A stretch of 64,000 bases of DNA from Octopus vulgaris (GCA_951406725.2 OX597818.1:107632001-107696000), one strand, 5' to 3'. Positions 43,047 through 57,706 are shown, numbered from the stretch's first letter. Made by a program: numbers and translations. Notes: generated by a model from the sequence alone, not told the origin.

Positions 43047-44315
43047 TTGGGTCATTTCATAAATAATGCGGTTTTTTCAATTGCATGAACTAGAAGTCGG
43101 AGGGGGCGGGATAAACTACCTGCATCCAATTGCTATAATAGCAGGCAGTTATTTTTATCGTGTCCTTATTCATAGTGCAAATTTTGAAAAGTGCAGTTCG
43201 ATATTAAGTTATTTTCTCAGAGCTATAATGGAAGTGACAAAAGAGCATACTCGGCATATTTTGCTTTATGAGTTCAATAAAGGCAACAACACAACGGAAA
43301 GTGAGATGAATATTAATACAGCGTATGGGGATCGGACAATAAGTGTAAGCCTGTGTCTACGGTGGTTCCAGAAATTCCGAGCCAGAAACTACAGCCTTGA
43401 AGACGTGTCTCGTCCTAAATGATCTGTAGAGCTCGACGAGAACGTCCTACAAACCCCGGGGGAACAAAATCCCATCGTAACTGTTGAGGAACCAGCAGAG
43501 AAGCTTGGATTTGGTCAGTCAACCATTCATCCATACCTGCGTGCCATCAGAAAAGTCTGCATATTGGGTCAATGGGTTCCTCACAAACTTTCAAAGTCTA
43601 ATCGTGCGCAGAGATTGAATGTATACTCTTCTTTACTATCATGTCTCACGAATGAACCTTTTTTGGAACCGAATAGTGACTGGTGGCGAGAAATGGGCTC
43701 TCTTTAAGAATGCCAAGCGCCGAAGACAGTGGGTAGGCAAAGGAGAAACACCGGCACCCCAGGCTAAAGAAGGTCTTCACCCACGTAAGGTGTTGTTATC
43801 TGAAAGGTTTAGTCCACTTTGAACTTTTAAACCCAAACCAAACGATAAAGGAGATCTTCTGCGAGCGGCTTGAGCGGCTTAAGTCAGCACTAGAATTAAA
43901 ACGACCATCTTTGGTTTCAAGATGAAAGGTGCTCTTCTACCAGGATAATATTGGGCCACTTAGAGCGAGGATGACATTCCAAAGGCTGAAGCAGTTTGAA
44001 TGGGAAACGATGCCCCACCCACCATATTCGCTTTATATTGCTCCATCTGATTATTATTTATTCCGCACTCTTCAAAATCAATTGGATGGAAAAAGTTTGA
44101 ATTCTGCTGACGTGGTCAGAACAGAACTAGAGGAGTGTTTCTTGTCATGGACAAGTGAATTTTAAAAGAGGGGCTTTGCAAGTCTACCAGATAGATGGAA
44201 GAACATTGGGGAAAATGAAAGAGAGTATATTTTAGATTAAATAAGAACTTTATTTATCTTAATTTTTAAGAATAAAAGAAATATAAAAAAAGGCATTATT
44301 TATTGGATGACCCAA
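43047..44315 (+). mobile_element. Full-length decayed mariner (DD34D), transposase pseudogene 43228-44240
   Basis: TIRs ttgggtcat..ataaataatgc with TA on both sides. Motifs RWFQKF, WVPHKL, IVTGGEKW, QDN, HPPYS..IAPSDY. Stops and frameshifts. Confidence 0.95.
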
Positions 44316-44350
<35 letters not shown>

Positions 44351-46158
44351 CACATATATACATATACATATACATATATACACACATACATATACACACA
44401 TATATATATACAACCAAGTATGTTTACACATTTATACACCACACACACACACACACGTACATATATATACATATATACAAAGTTGTGGGGGAAATTCATT
44501 TTTATATACGCAGGTAAAAATGTATTCTGCTGAGAAGTGATTTCCTGTAGAATTTATTGAAATTTTCGTATATGTCAAAACAATTCCTGTTATTTGAAAC
44601 AATAGATCGAAACCAATCTAGTGGCGCGTTATATGTAATTCTATATTAATATTTTTGTGTGTCTATTGAGCATACAAGGGCCTCGGGCCATTTGCCTCTC
44701 TTCTCCCACCCCACACACTTTAAATGGCTATAGCTGTATCACTCACAACACACATTCACACTCTCTCATTGGTGAGCTAGGGAGTTATCTCTGAAGATCT
44801 TTTTTCCCTTTATAACACTAACGTATCAGATTATGAGAATTCCCAAATCAAATTTACTTCAATCCCAAACCCTATCTCTTTCAAACGCATCCACATTTTC
44901 ATTTCCCCCTTCTCTGTTTAGCAGCATCTCTTTTCTGTATACGTCTTTAAATTGCAAGATATCGTTGATCGTTACAAACTGTTGATCCTAAACATATGAA
45001 AGAGACTCTTAATTGATTCGGCCTTCAACGATTTTCATACACAATTTTCCATGATTCTTTCTGTTCTCAAATGAACCATAATTAACTGCAAAGTACACAT
45101 CGCCTCTTTGTTTATCTGTTTTATAATTCTCTTCTTGATTTTCATTTTACGCTGCTTGCTATCTTTTCTTCATCGCTTTATTCAAAAAAATTTTTTACTA
45201 TCAAAGTGTAAAATAAAAATAGAAAACGAAAATAGTTTTAAACATTATTAACAAAACTTATGCTTTCAATTTAATTATTTTCGTTGAAATTTAGATATTT
45301 AGAGATATATAGTTTTACAAAATTGATGATATGCAAACGTATACACAAATATTTTGTATAAACATTAAAAATCATATCCATTCGTGTGTGTATGTATATG
45401 TATGCATGTATGTATGTATGTATGTATGTATGTATGTATGTATGTATGTATGTATGTATGTATGTATGTATGTATGTATGCATGCATGCATGCATGTATG
45501 TATGTATGTATGTATACACATGCACACATATGTGTGTGTGTGTGTGTGTAAAGGCATCACCATCATCACCATCATTATCCACATTTTACGTTCATTTTGT
45601 CATACTGCGTAGATTTAGTGGGCTTCATATTGAGTTCTCACCTGTCGCAGAAGACGGAAAATATAGTGATCCCAGTGTAAAAGTATGTGTATACAAGATT
45701 TACAAGGGGTCTAGAGATAGGCTGATAGTGACGGACTCTGTAAACAACAAATGCACAATGAGTCTTGTCATCAGCATCGGAGGACTCCGAACAAATCAAT
45801 GCCCTGATGTCTATAGCATTTATCCATTTATTTATTACAGCAGTCAGCAGCATACACAGACTAGCATTGGGTCCCTAGACCCAGTAGGCCTCTGAACAAC
45901 AGCCCCAGTGTGTTTGTGTTTTAGATGCACTGAGTACATAGGAGTAGTTTGCTGCAAGAACATCCATAAAGTAAATTCTTTCAAATGCTTTGCAGCATTT
46001 CTGGCATTAGCTTGTGTTTCTTCTAAACAGCGGAGGAAGACGTTTTGTAACCAGTGTAAAAGTGGGCTGAGGATATTGCAAGTAATTGAGGTACGATAGT
46101 GTAGGGTAAGGAAACTTAAGTAGATAGATAGACAGACAGACATACAGATCGATCGGTC

Positions 46159-46195
<37 letters not shown>

Positions 46196-46196
46196 T

Positions 46197-46268
<72 letters not shown>

Positions 46269-46787
46269 GAACTGGAGAGTGACAGTAACCTAGATAACTA
46301 GAATAGTTGAACTTGAGCGAAACAGCTGACACACAAGCTATCATTGTGAAGAGTCTGTCTTTGTAATTCAAGGACAAAAATATAATAGCAAAATATTTGA
46401 TGCACAGAAAGAGACAGGATGTAAGTAAAATACTCGGTTGTGACTACGTTTGCAGAGTGTGACGAATAAACACTGAAAATGCGACCCACATTAAAAGCAA
46501 CTGGTCAAAAGTTGCATCACAATATTATCTCAGAAGTGTGATGTGACCAATACATTATATGATGTTAATATACAAAAATAGTTTGGAAGATAAATAGATA
46601 CGAAATTACAGTTGCATGCGAGACTGTAATTTTTACTACTTCTTTCCATGCCACTGTGAGTCTTCATGTTGTTTGTGAGGCTCACTACTTCATCCTGTTT
46701 ATTATATTCCTTGCTCTTCTTCTTCCAGAAGATTCTTCTATCAGGGGAATCAGTTTGCAATTGTCTTTATCCCACTGTCGTCTTCTG

Positions 46788-48056
46788 TTAGGTTGTTCCG
46801 AAAATATTGGCCGCTCTAAGTGTTGTGTTTTGAAACGCAATTTTATCATAGTATTTTAATTATATTTTAGGTGAATTTCGACATACTTAATAATTGATGC
46901 ATGCGCTTTAATAATTTTCTACTTATTTCAGACAGAAAACATTCTTGAAGCATAGGCGCCCTCAATTATGAACATGACAAAAAAGGACCTTCGCTTACTT
47001 TTCTTGCATGAGTTCAAGCTTGGGCACAATGCCTCCCAATATCAAGAGAGCATGGGGAAAGAGGTCCACAAGTGATCGCTCAGTACGAAGGTGGTTTCAG
47101 AAATTCCGTAGTAGTGATGAGGGCCTTGAAGTTGAAGAAAGTAGGGGACGATCATGCAGCCTTGACAATGAACAATTGAAAGCAATTGTTGAACAAAACC
47201 TACATCAAAGTGTCAGAGAAATGTCTCAGGCACTTGGTGTCGGTATTGCGACGGTCTCATGCAATCTGCAGAAGATTGGTATGGTATAAAAGCTCGAGAA
47301 ATGGGTACCGCATGAGCTCAATGAAAATCAAAAGTTCGGCATTTTGAAGTGCGTTCGATGCTCTTTCTGCGAAACACCAATGATCCTTCTCTTGACCGAA
47401 TAGTCACTTGTGACGAAAAGTGGATCCCTTGATAACCGTAAACGATCAGGGCAATGGCTTGATCGTGATGAGTCCCCTAAACATTTCCCAAAGCCAAAGT
47501 TGCATCAGCAAAAGATTATGGTGACTGTCTGGTGATCTGCAAGAGGTGTTGTCCATTAAAGCTTTCTGGAAGCCAATCAGAGCATTACAGCAGAAGTTCA
47601 CTGCAATCAACACACTAAAATGCATCCTCACTTGCAAAAAATGAAACCTGCAAAGGTGAATCGGCGTGGCCCAATTCTGCTCCACGATAATGCAAAGCCA
47701 GATGTTGCAAGAATGACGCTACAGAAACTCACAGACTTGGGATACGACACTTTATCACATCCACCATGTTTTCCTAATCTTTCACACACTGACTACCGTG
47801 TTTTTTAAAGCATTTAAACACGCTTTTAAGTGATAAAACTTTCAGGTCCAAACCAGAGGTGGAATCAGCTTTCAAAGATTTCTTAGCATCAAAGCCAATA
47901 AGTTTTTAACGAGACATAAATAATCTCGTTAATCGATGACAGAGATTCATTCATGTTCACGGCTCATACTTTGACTAATCAAAACATTTCTATTGTTAAT
48001 TTTTCCAGAATAAAATTTTGTTTCTGAAATCGGCCATTAATTTCGGAACAATCTAA
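46788..48056 (+). mobile_element. Second full-length decayed mariner (different family, Hsmar1/cecropia-like)
   Basis: TIRs ttaggttgttccgaaaatattggccg and reverse complement ttagattgttccgaaattaatggccg. Motifs RRWFQKFR, WVPHEL, IVTCDEKW, HDNAKP, HPP..P.LS.TDY. Confidence 0.95.
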
Positions 48057-48325
48057 TAGATGCATTACATGTCCTTTCCAGATCATTCCGTGTACTTTTA
48101 CGCTGCATCTGGTTCCTCTGGTCTCCAGTTTCCTCTCAGATCAATTATGATCAGTCAAATTACACATCCAGTGGAGCCTGCTCACTTCATTTCTTTCTAG
48201 ACTTCGTACATCATTCAAATTCAATACTATCTGTCTGTCTGTCTATCTATCTATTTATCAGTCTGCCTGTCTGTCTGTCTGTCTGTCTGTATGTATGTAT
48301 GTATATATGTATGTATGTATGTATG

Positions 48326-48366
<41 letters not shown>

Positions 48367-48399
48367 TTATTTATCTATCTATCTGTGCTTGACCTCCTA

Positions 48400-49680
48400 C
48401 TGATAAGAATACAGCCATTCATCTAATGTCATGTCACAGTAAAACTATGTAAACTTCCTTTGGTGGAGATCTGATGCTTTGTGTAGAGTTCCTTCCCAGT
48501 TCTCATGATGAGAATTTTAGATTAAAGCTTGAATGCTCCTCAACATTTGGTGAGCAGACGTTGTCAAGGTAAGTCATGTTCTTTCAGATGTAAATTATTC
48601 CTGTAATTCAGGCAAGTTACTAACAAAGTGACGAGACTCTTTTTAGTCCAGACCATTCCAAGTATTTGTGAGCGAGTTACTGCGTACAAATAGCGATACT
48701 TTTTCACTCATATCATAGATTTATATGTCTCTTTAATACCTGTTTTTTATGCATTCATGTTATTTTACAGCCCAGTTCACCTTCGATAGCAGGTTCAAAG
48801 AAGTTTCTATAACAAGATACAAAACCTGTAAGTTCCAAATTATTTTACAAACCATTATATTTCTTTATTTTTCCACAACCGTAGACGAGGCATCCACATT
48901 CATAATGCATACGAGATCAGAGGATTGCTTATCTGTTCCATAATCCATTCCTTTGTTTATATCAGATTACTGATTTTGTTGCAATGCTACACAAATATTC
49001 CTTATTTTTAAAGATGTAAATGCACTGTCGTCTTGGTGTTCTTTATGCAAAAACACTGAGGGATATAATTTTATTAAATGGAGGTTGCTCTGTCTTTCAT
49101 ACCTTCCAAAATCTACTGAAGAAGTTTTACACTCTGTGCTAATGTATGCAGCTTCCTCATCGTTTCCAAGATTCTTGTAGCTATCATCATTAGATATAGG
49201 GAGACAGAGAAGCCAATGAGCATTGTTTAGGCAACGCCTCCTCGGTTGACTACCAAATATGAACAATTGTCTTACTATGCTTCAGTTCTATGTCCTGTGA
49301 GATTTTTTATCAGCTTTAACTGGTGTCATAAGTATTACTGTATTATTTGAATACAAATAAATAAATAAATATGGTTGTTGCTGATTTTCCTCTCACCTGC
49401 AGATCCTAATATGCAGCCTTGCCATTTCGCAAAAGGGCTGACAAGGGAACCATTGCTAAGATGGACACAGACAGTCTTTTCGATACCTTAATTCTGTTTG
49501 TCACTGTAGTAGTTGCTATTAATGTCATCTACTGCATTAGATGGGATCTTGGCAAAGTATAGTGGCTCAAGAATCTATGAATAGATAACGGAATCAAACA
49601 GCTTCTTAGACAATAACAATACTCTTCGTAACCTTCGACGAATCGGCTTCACTTCTGCAAGAAGAGCTCTGTAAAAAGAT
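48400..49680 (-). mobile_element. Highly decayed R4/Dong-like LINE reverse transcriptase region
   Basis: Minus-strand remnants KKLFDSV..ILE.L..AKIP (KAFDSV) and DSYKNLG (YKYLG) in the expected order. Confidence 0.55.
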
Positions 49681-49711
49681 TTTTGGAAATGTATATATAT
49701 ATATATATATA

Positions 49712-49875
49712 TGAATGCTCGAAATGAGGAGTAGATAGACAACCGACAACTGATGGAGGGTCCTTTACATGTTTACATGTTCGGTTTTTCCATTTGTTCT
49801 CTCGTTGTTTACGTATTTAACTCGTTTGTTTACATATTTCATGTTGTTTGCACAGTTGGTGGCGTCCTGTACCCA
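49712..49875 (+). mobile_element. Short element between TA arrays (family shared with 59250-59428)
   Basis: aatgctcgaaa...caactgatg.aggg...ttttccatt...tcctgtaccca in both copies, each followed by (TA)n. Confidence 0.7.
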
Positions 49876-49889
49876 TATATGTTTATATA

Positions 49890-50008
<119 letters not shown>

Positions 50009-50089
50009 GTATATATATATATATTTATGTATATGTATATATATATATATATATATTTATGTATATGTATATATATATATATATTTATG

Positions 50090-50141
<52 letters not shown>

Positions 50142-50142
50142 T

Positions 50143-50306
50143 ACGACAGGCTTCTTTCAGTTTCCGTCTACCAAATCCACTCACAAGGCATTGGTCGGCC
50201 CGGAGCTATAGCAGAAGACACTTGCCCAAGATGCCACGCAGTGGGACTGAACCCGGAACCATGTGGTTGGTTAGCAAGCTGCTTACCACACAGCCACTCC
50301 TGCGCC
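50143..50306 (-). mobile_element. tRNA-derived SINE head, young copy
   Basis: Minus strand: ggcgcaggagtggctgtgtggtaag...ggttcagtcccactgcgtggcatcttgggcaagtgtc, near-identical to 55833-55966. Confidence 0.9.
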
Positions 50307-50505
50307 TTATATATATATATATGTATATGTATTATATTATATAATATATATGTATATATATTATATCAAATTAGAGATAAAACCACTATTAGGCAAATCA
50401 TACAATGAAAAACTTAAGCCAATACATAAGATTAATTAATTTATATTATTTTAAATATATATCAAAATTATTAAAAAAAAATATATTTATATATATGTGC
50501 ATATA

Positions 50506-50570
<65 letters not shown>

Positions 50571-52149
50571 ATATATATATACATTATGCTTTCATACAAC
50601 AAATATCTTTCCAATCTGTTTTCTCGTCAGGCAGTACATCGTTCTTTTGGCAGTGAGCTGGGAGAAACTCATTCAAACAACCATTTACAATTGATGCATA
50701 ACGTCTAATTATGCTATGGGCCCGTAGATCTTTACTACACATATTTCTTGATTCTTAGACCTAACTGCCGCCTGCGTAACCGTTAATGTGTCTGGTACGT
50801 CAATTACAATATCCTTGTTTTGGGGATTTTCTTGATTCTTTTTTTTTTCTAATCAAGTTATTGAAAGTTTCCCTGCTAGAACTTGATCTTTATGAACCAA
50901 CAATCGATTATCAGTTCTCTCTCACGAAACTTTCCACTCGATAGTTTTGCAACAATTGTCGAAGAGTTCCACCAGAGATGTTTGAAGAGAGACTTTTTCA
51001 CACAACTAACACTGTGGCTCTTTAACTATACTCGTACAGCTTCACTGTGGTTGCTTATTTGTATTCCAAGTTCCATTCCAGTCCCCACTGACTAAAAATT
51101 ATCCCCGACAATGTTGAGTGTATTATAGCCTTTCTTGTTGTGATAAGCAGTTTGTGTGTTCCAGGTGAACTTGTGATCGACAGTCCTACATTCTAGGTAA
51201 TTTCTAATTATAACAAAGATTTTGACTAGCTTTTGTTTAACGGCAATTATTTTAAATGTTTTTCTTTGAGGCTCCCATAGATTTCGAATAGTCCATCCTA
51301 AGGTCGTAGCTGCTAATTTGTCATTCCATTCACTTTGGAAAGAATTATGGTTTTTGTGTGTGGGAGAAACTGCTTGCTTAAGCATTTGGCTGTGTGGTAG
51401 CAGTTTGACAATTTCGGTAGATTTCTGTGTGTATGGATGAATGGCTGGCTGGCTGGCTGGTTGGATGGATGGATGGATGGATGAGTATTTTTATATGAGT
51501 GTGCGCGTGCGGTGATGTGTTTGTGTGTGTCTGTGCGTGCGTGTGTTGTGTGTGTGTGTGTGAAAATATTCAGTGAGCAGAATGAGTAATATTACAAAAT
51601 AACAGTTGAGAGCAAACTTGGAGACCAGTTCGGAAAAATGATTGCAAAGTAATGTAGACCGACTGGCAACAATCAGAATGGAAAATACAGTTCTTGAATT
51701 TACTATTACATGGGGATACGAAGCGCATGACTAGAATAAAGATAATCAAATGCAAGTCAAATCAATTGAAAGGAAAGACACATAGATTAGGAATGTGTTG
51801 ATACACCTGAAAATTAGTGAAATGGAACCCGGGAAGATCTTCGGATCTTTCAGTTATTGAAATTCGTCACAGTCTTGGTAAATCTGATTATATCTTCCAA
51901 TGACTGGCATTTTCAATGACACACTAAGACAAGAGTGATGCAGTAAAGGAGCGAAATATAGGGAATTTACTGGTAAAGATGAGGTAAATGTTAGAAAAGA
52001 AGGTCAAAGCTGAATTAATGTTAGAATGAATTAATAATAATACAGATGGGATCAAGTTTAAGTTTATGGTAATTATTAAAAGCCAGCAAAGGTACGTGGT
52101 TACTTGAGCCGTTAGAAATAAGAGCTAAGTTTCTTTCATTGCACCCTAC

Positions 52150-52350
52150 CATCATCATCATTTTTTAACGTCTATTTTCCATGTTAGCATGGGTTGGATG
52201 GTTTGACAAGAGCTGACCAGACAGAGAGCTGACCAGGCTCCAGTTGTCTGCTTTTTGCTTGGTTTTTATGGTTCGATGCCCTTCCTAACACCAACTACTT
52301 TACAGAGTGAACTGGGTGCTTTTTGCGTGGCACCAGCACGGCTGCTTTTT
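52150..52350 (-). mobile_element. RTE-type 3' tail
   Basis: ttaacgtc..ttccatg.tagcatgggttggat...gatgcccttcctaacaccaac. Confidence 0.75.
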
Positions 52351-54387
52351 ATGTAAAAGAAGGGACATACCGCATCAAACAGTCTTATATATACAGGTAG
52401 AGAGTTACCTGTCATATGAAGGATAATTTTGGAAGTGTAATTTTTCATCCTAAGAAATATGACAAACATGCAATAATTCTATCAAATTATTTTCTTCTCA
52501 TACAGGACGACACGAACGCTTATTTCTTTAAAAAATATTTATTGCTCTGATATTTATTCCTTCTCCTCCTCCTCTTTCTATGTCTCTATGATTCTTTCTC
52601 TCTCGCTGTGTATCGCATTCTTTTACTCATTGTTTACCACCAAGCTTAGTACGTGCATTCATTCTGCTGGATCTCTCTTCTAGCCTTACTCTCTTCTATT
52701 CTTACTGCCACTTTCTCTCTATGATGTAGAGCGTGACCAGAGAATTCAACCAACAAACAAACATTTCTATCGGCCATTATAAAACAGAGATGCCTAGAAA
52801 AGCTAATGTTGTGTCTGGAACATCTTTGGTAAGTCTGCTCAGTCAGGACGGAATAATCATTTTCTAATATACGCACAATGACAGGAATTTGGTGCGATGA
52901 GGTTAGTTGATTAAATTCCCAACAGTATCTAGTTATAATGTTTTATTTTATCGATTCCACGGGAATCAGAGACAAAATTTGTGTCAGCGGAATTTGGACT
53001 CAACATAACAAGCCAAACAATGTTCCACATAGTATTCAACACTTTGAAACAAGGGAAGTGTATAACAAACTGAAGAAGCGTGATATGCTAAAGTTTCCAA
53101 ATTTAGAAGAAAATGCTCGAAATAAAAAAAAAGGGGTGAAAGAAATAGGGAACTTAGGACGTGTATCTATATTTATGAAGGAAAAAACAAATTAGATTAT
53201 CCAAGGTGGCTGTGTGAGTTGAGGGACGTTTGACTGCTATTTCTAATAGTTTAAGTTAGCACGTAGAAGTAAGTTTGGTTTGTTTGCACCGTGTCATTTT
53301 GTTACGATATTATTGCTTAGACTTAGGTCAACTTTAATTCAGTTCATCAAATGAGATCAAGCTATGAACATCCTTTTCTTTTTTTTCCGGACATTGTGTA
53401 TCTACGACTACATTATACAAAATGTCCTTTTTTCAAGATGGTAAAGTATAATCTGAGGAAGTTTTGGTCATTTTTGTGTCTGGCTGAGTAAACCCATTAG
53501 AGCAGGAATGGCAAACCGTTTGCTTTGCAATCTAATCTGTAATCGCCTACTGATCGGTTTCTAAAATCCTGACGGAAATTAGAAAGGGTTCATCCTTCAA
53601 GACCCAACCAATAACTTAATGTATGCTGGAAGGACTTTCAATCCCACCCCATCCTACCCCGTTCCTCTGCAAGAAGAAGCTGGTAAATTAGTGCAGGTAT
53701 CTACTGAGGGATAGAGGTCCGTTTAATTGGCCTCTTGTTTAACTTATTCTAATTTACATAATTCGTTAGGACAGAAATATGGCAAAGAATTCTTTTTTAA
53801 AATCTCTTAATGGAGCGAACTGAGAATGTGTACAACTGAAGGGGCCTCAAACAAAATTTGGTATCCTTACTTCGATTTGGGTAAATTAAAAAGCTGGATC
53901 GTTGGTGCGGAAAGTAAGAATTTACCAGTTGACAGTAAACTGTATGGAAGGACAAATGTTTGAGTGCAAGTTTGAATCATGTTATTAACATCAGTTGTAA
54001 TGTGAATGAGTTAAAGCTAATAGCTCCATAGATTTAGGAAACATGACAATGAGAAAAACTCATAGATCAAAAGTCAGTTAATTACTTTATGAATTTGAAA
54101 ATAGATCATAATATAAAGATATAAGCACAGGATATAAGTGTACAAAGAACAATGAAAGCAATATGAAACCACCGAGTTATTACATCATGAAAATATATAT
54201 AAAAAAATGTTCAGTTTATTATGCATTATTAAGTTAGCTGTAAAATATCCAATTAAATAATGTCTATACAAGCAGTTCATATTTATAAGAATCTGGCAGA
54301 GTTCATATGAATACGTATGTTCAGGAGAAAATTAACATGAAATAACTGATGATAAATTCTAGATAATATTTCTTTTAACACGGAAGA

Positions 54388-54588
54388 GATGAGCTGGCAG
54401 AATCGTTAGCACACCAGATGAAATGCTTACTATCTGAACGTTCTGAGTTCCAATTTCGCCAAGGTCGATTTTAACTTTCATCCATTGAGGGTCGATAAAA
54501 TAAGTATCAGTCGAGCACTGGAGTCGATGAAATCACTTATCTGCTTCCTTCAAGAATCACTGGCCTTGTGCCAAAATCTGAAACCAAT
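54388..54588 (+). mobile_element. Meta-like SINE, decayed
   Basis: gagctggcagaatcgttagcacacc...gggtcgataaaataagta. Confidence 0.75.
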
Positions 54589-55832
54589 ACTTCATGCAAT
54601 ATTGCAGGCACAAAATGATTTGTGTAGCATCAATGGGCGTATGTGAATAAGCATTAAAAAATACATTATTTTCCTGTGTACGTCCTGTTCTTAGTTACAT
54701 GGATTCGAGCAGATACTACTACTAATACCTTCTGGTTATCAACGACAAACAACGCCCTTCATAACAGACAGCAGCCTTAAAGCACCTCTCTGGAAAACGA
54801 TTCGTGCCTAAAGGAACCGATCTGATTGGCTGGAAATAACCAGTCTTTTAACATGCATAAGTGGGCTGTTCCACCTGCAGACATATATTAAGCATGTTTA
54901 GACGAGGTCGGAAGTGATTCAGTGGGATTATGCAGGACGTCGATATCGAAAATCATAAACAATAAATGACTGAATGAAGAGTAACCAAACAGATAAATCA
55001 CACAAGTAGCTTTATTGCCAAAAGAAATCATTGATACATGCGCTAATGTAGCTAGAGTGTGTGCCACCCGAGGCGGCCCTTCTCTTTGCTTCGTGACCAT
55101 AATACAAAACAGTACATATTGCCTATAGCACACCAAAGAGTGGCGCCGCCAGAGGCGGACCTCCTCTTCGCTTCCCTCTAGCTACGCTGGTGGGTATATA
55201 CGGCCTGTTATGTAATCATCACAACAAACATGAACAATCAACGTTGCCCATTGTCTCCCTTGATACAAGGACATTCAGTAAGTTTCCCGCCACAACAAAT
55301 ACCTTGTACAACAACGGCAGTATAATAAAGTATCTCGTATCGTTAACACGTTGTTTCAGTCTCTCTCATTTTCTTAATCTTTCATACTAAGTACTCACTA
55401 CTTCCTTTAATACTCAATACATTATATATATATATATATAACAACAACACGGCCTAGGGGTTAAGGTTTACACCTGCGATTGCGTGATCGTGGTTTCAAG
55501 TTTGGGATTGGGTGCTGCATTGTATTCTTGGGCAAAGCGTTTGGTCTCAAGTTAGTCTGCGATCACTTTTACATCTGAATCTGTTCAGGCAACGTCGGTT
55601 TAACGGAGAGAGTGAGCTAATACTTACATCTGATCACTTTAAACAAATCAATTGTGCAGTTTGTTCGGCAAGAAATGGCAGAACAATCTTTCTCGGAGAA
55701 CGAGAAACTACCATCATGAGGTCACCGACAAATGAGTCTGTCTGACGAGTAGTCTAAGAGCTTTATAGGTGTGAAACCAATGATCGCTCTCTGACCGGCC
55801 ACAACAAACAACTTTCAATGTGTGTGTGTGTG

Positions 55833-56205
55833 TGCTAACCAACCACATGGTTTCGGGTTCAGTCCCACTGCGTGGCATCTTGGGCAAGTGTCTTCTGCTA
55901 TAGCCTCGGGCCGACCAAAGCCTTATGAGTGGATTTGGTAGACGGAAACTGAAAGAAGCCTGTCGCATATATGTATATATATATGTATGTGTGTGTATAT
56001 GTTTGTGTGTCCGTGTTTGTCCCCCTAGCATTGCTTGACAACCGATGCTGGTGTGTTTACGTCCCCGTCACTTAGCGGTTCGGCAAAAGGGACCGATAGA
56101 ATAAGTACTGGGCTTACAAAGAATAAGTCCCGGGGTCGATTTGCTCGACTAAAGGCGGTGCTCCAGCATGGCCGCAGTCAAATGACTGAAACAAGTAAAA
56201 GAGTA
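55833..56205 (+). mobile_element. tRNA-derived SINE: head, internal microsatellite and tail
   Basis: Joins the head seen at 50143-50306 to the tail seen at 141-356 and 14462-14680. Confidence 0.9.
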
Positions 56206-56342
56206 TTATTTGATTTTAATTTACAAAGTAATATTATAATTAAAAAAGCACCATCGTTTTGTTAAAATATTGACACACTAGAATACTTAAAAAATGAGAG
56301 CCAGAAGTACAAATATAGCTAAAGTTTTATGTAAAGTAGAAA

Positions 56343-56975
56343 TAGCTTTTATATATAAATATATGTGTGTGTGTGCGCGCGCGTGTATGTGTGTGTTCCT
56401 TTCTGTGGAAGAGCGTAGGCAAATTCATTATGTAAAACAGAGGTATTGGGTCAAAGCTAAAAATGTGAAGACTTGGCAATAACATAGGTAATAACTGAAG
56501 TAAATTTTACTGTGAATCTATTGTTATAGGAAGATTTTACTGTAATATGTAACTAATTTTTGTATTATTCTATTTATTGTCCTAACTAATTATGTAGTCC
56601 TATTATTTTTTTATAACCTATTTTCAAATTTCTAATTATTAATTAATAATTTAAAAAATGAATGTTTTTAAAGTACAAAATATATTTTAATTGAGTTATT
56701 TTTAATTTTTAATAAAAATAACAAGTAATATCAAATAGGAGTAATAAATTGTAATAAAAGTTTTAGTTTTAATAAAAGCTAATATTTTCTAAATCTAAAT
56801 ATTCTATTTGAAATTTTATCCTTAGCTACAATATTTTAAGAAAATATTTTCTTGTTCGCTACTTTACCAGATGTAATAAGTTGTCCTGAACTTTTCCAAG
56901 TGTAATAACTTGTCCTGTAATTTTCCAGGTTTGTAATCTTAAGAATATTATTTCTCTTGCTCGCATTTTTCCATG

Positions 56976-57053
<78 letters not shown>

Positions 57054-57241
57054 ATATACATACATAGGGGAGAATTCACAAAAAAGACGAAGACAGGTGG
57101 TGTAGACAACAAACAGATGTATTAGTTTAACACACGGGAAGTGAAAAGTCTTTAACGTTTCGAGCCTACGCTCTTCCACAGAAAGGAACACACACATACA
57201 CGCGCGCGCACACACACACATATATTTATATATAAAAGCTA
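56343..57241. repeat. Perfect 78-bp inverted duplication (56343-56420 and 57164-57241)
   Basis: Base-for-base reverse complements. The ORF track shows AFIYKYMCVCARACMCVFLSVEERR on both strands. Confidence 0.95.
57150..57185 (-). ncRNA. Minimal hammerhead-like fold with variant core (CUGUGGA)
   Basis: Minus strand: cttt CTGTGGA a gagc gtag gctc GAAA cg TT aaag. Stems I, II and palindromic III are present, core position 6 is non-canonical. Confidence 0.5.
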
Positions 57242-57706
57242 GACTTATATGAAGACTATGATGGTGTGGCGTGAATTGAATAGAAAAAGACAACAACATA
57301 TTTTGGGACCAACCAAATCAGCGATGTCAAGAGATCTGCTCGATCTACTGTCAGTGTAGTGGGTTCCTTTTGATGTTCGTGTGATGGGATTGTGGGATCA
57401 GAGAGGTTTGGCGCCAATGGTAAGACAATCTGGTCATGTGATAAATGAGCAAATACATTTCTGAGGCAAAATTATTTTCAAAAATTGATAGCACTTTATT
57501 TTCATGTATGATTGCTTATATGAATGTGTGTGACTACAGATCAGTATCTATTAAGGGTACAAACATACACACACACGCACACACACACACACACATATTT
57601 CCAGGCATGTAGTTTCAAACAAAAGTTCTTCAAGAATGCTCAATAGACATTGTTCAGTAGGTGATATGATGTAAACTTAACTAAGAAAAATACATTTCGA
57701 GAGATA

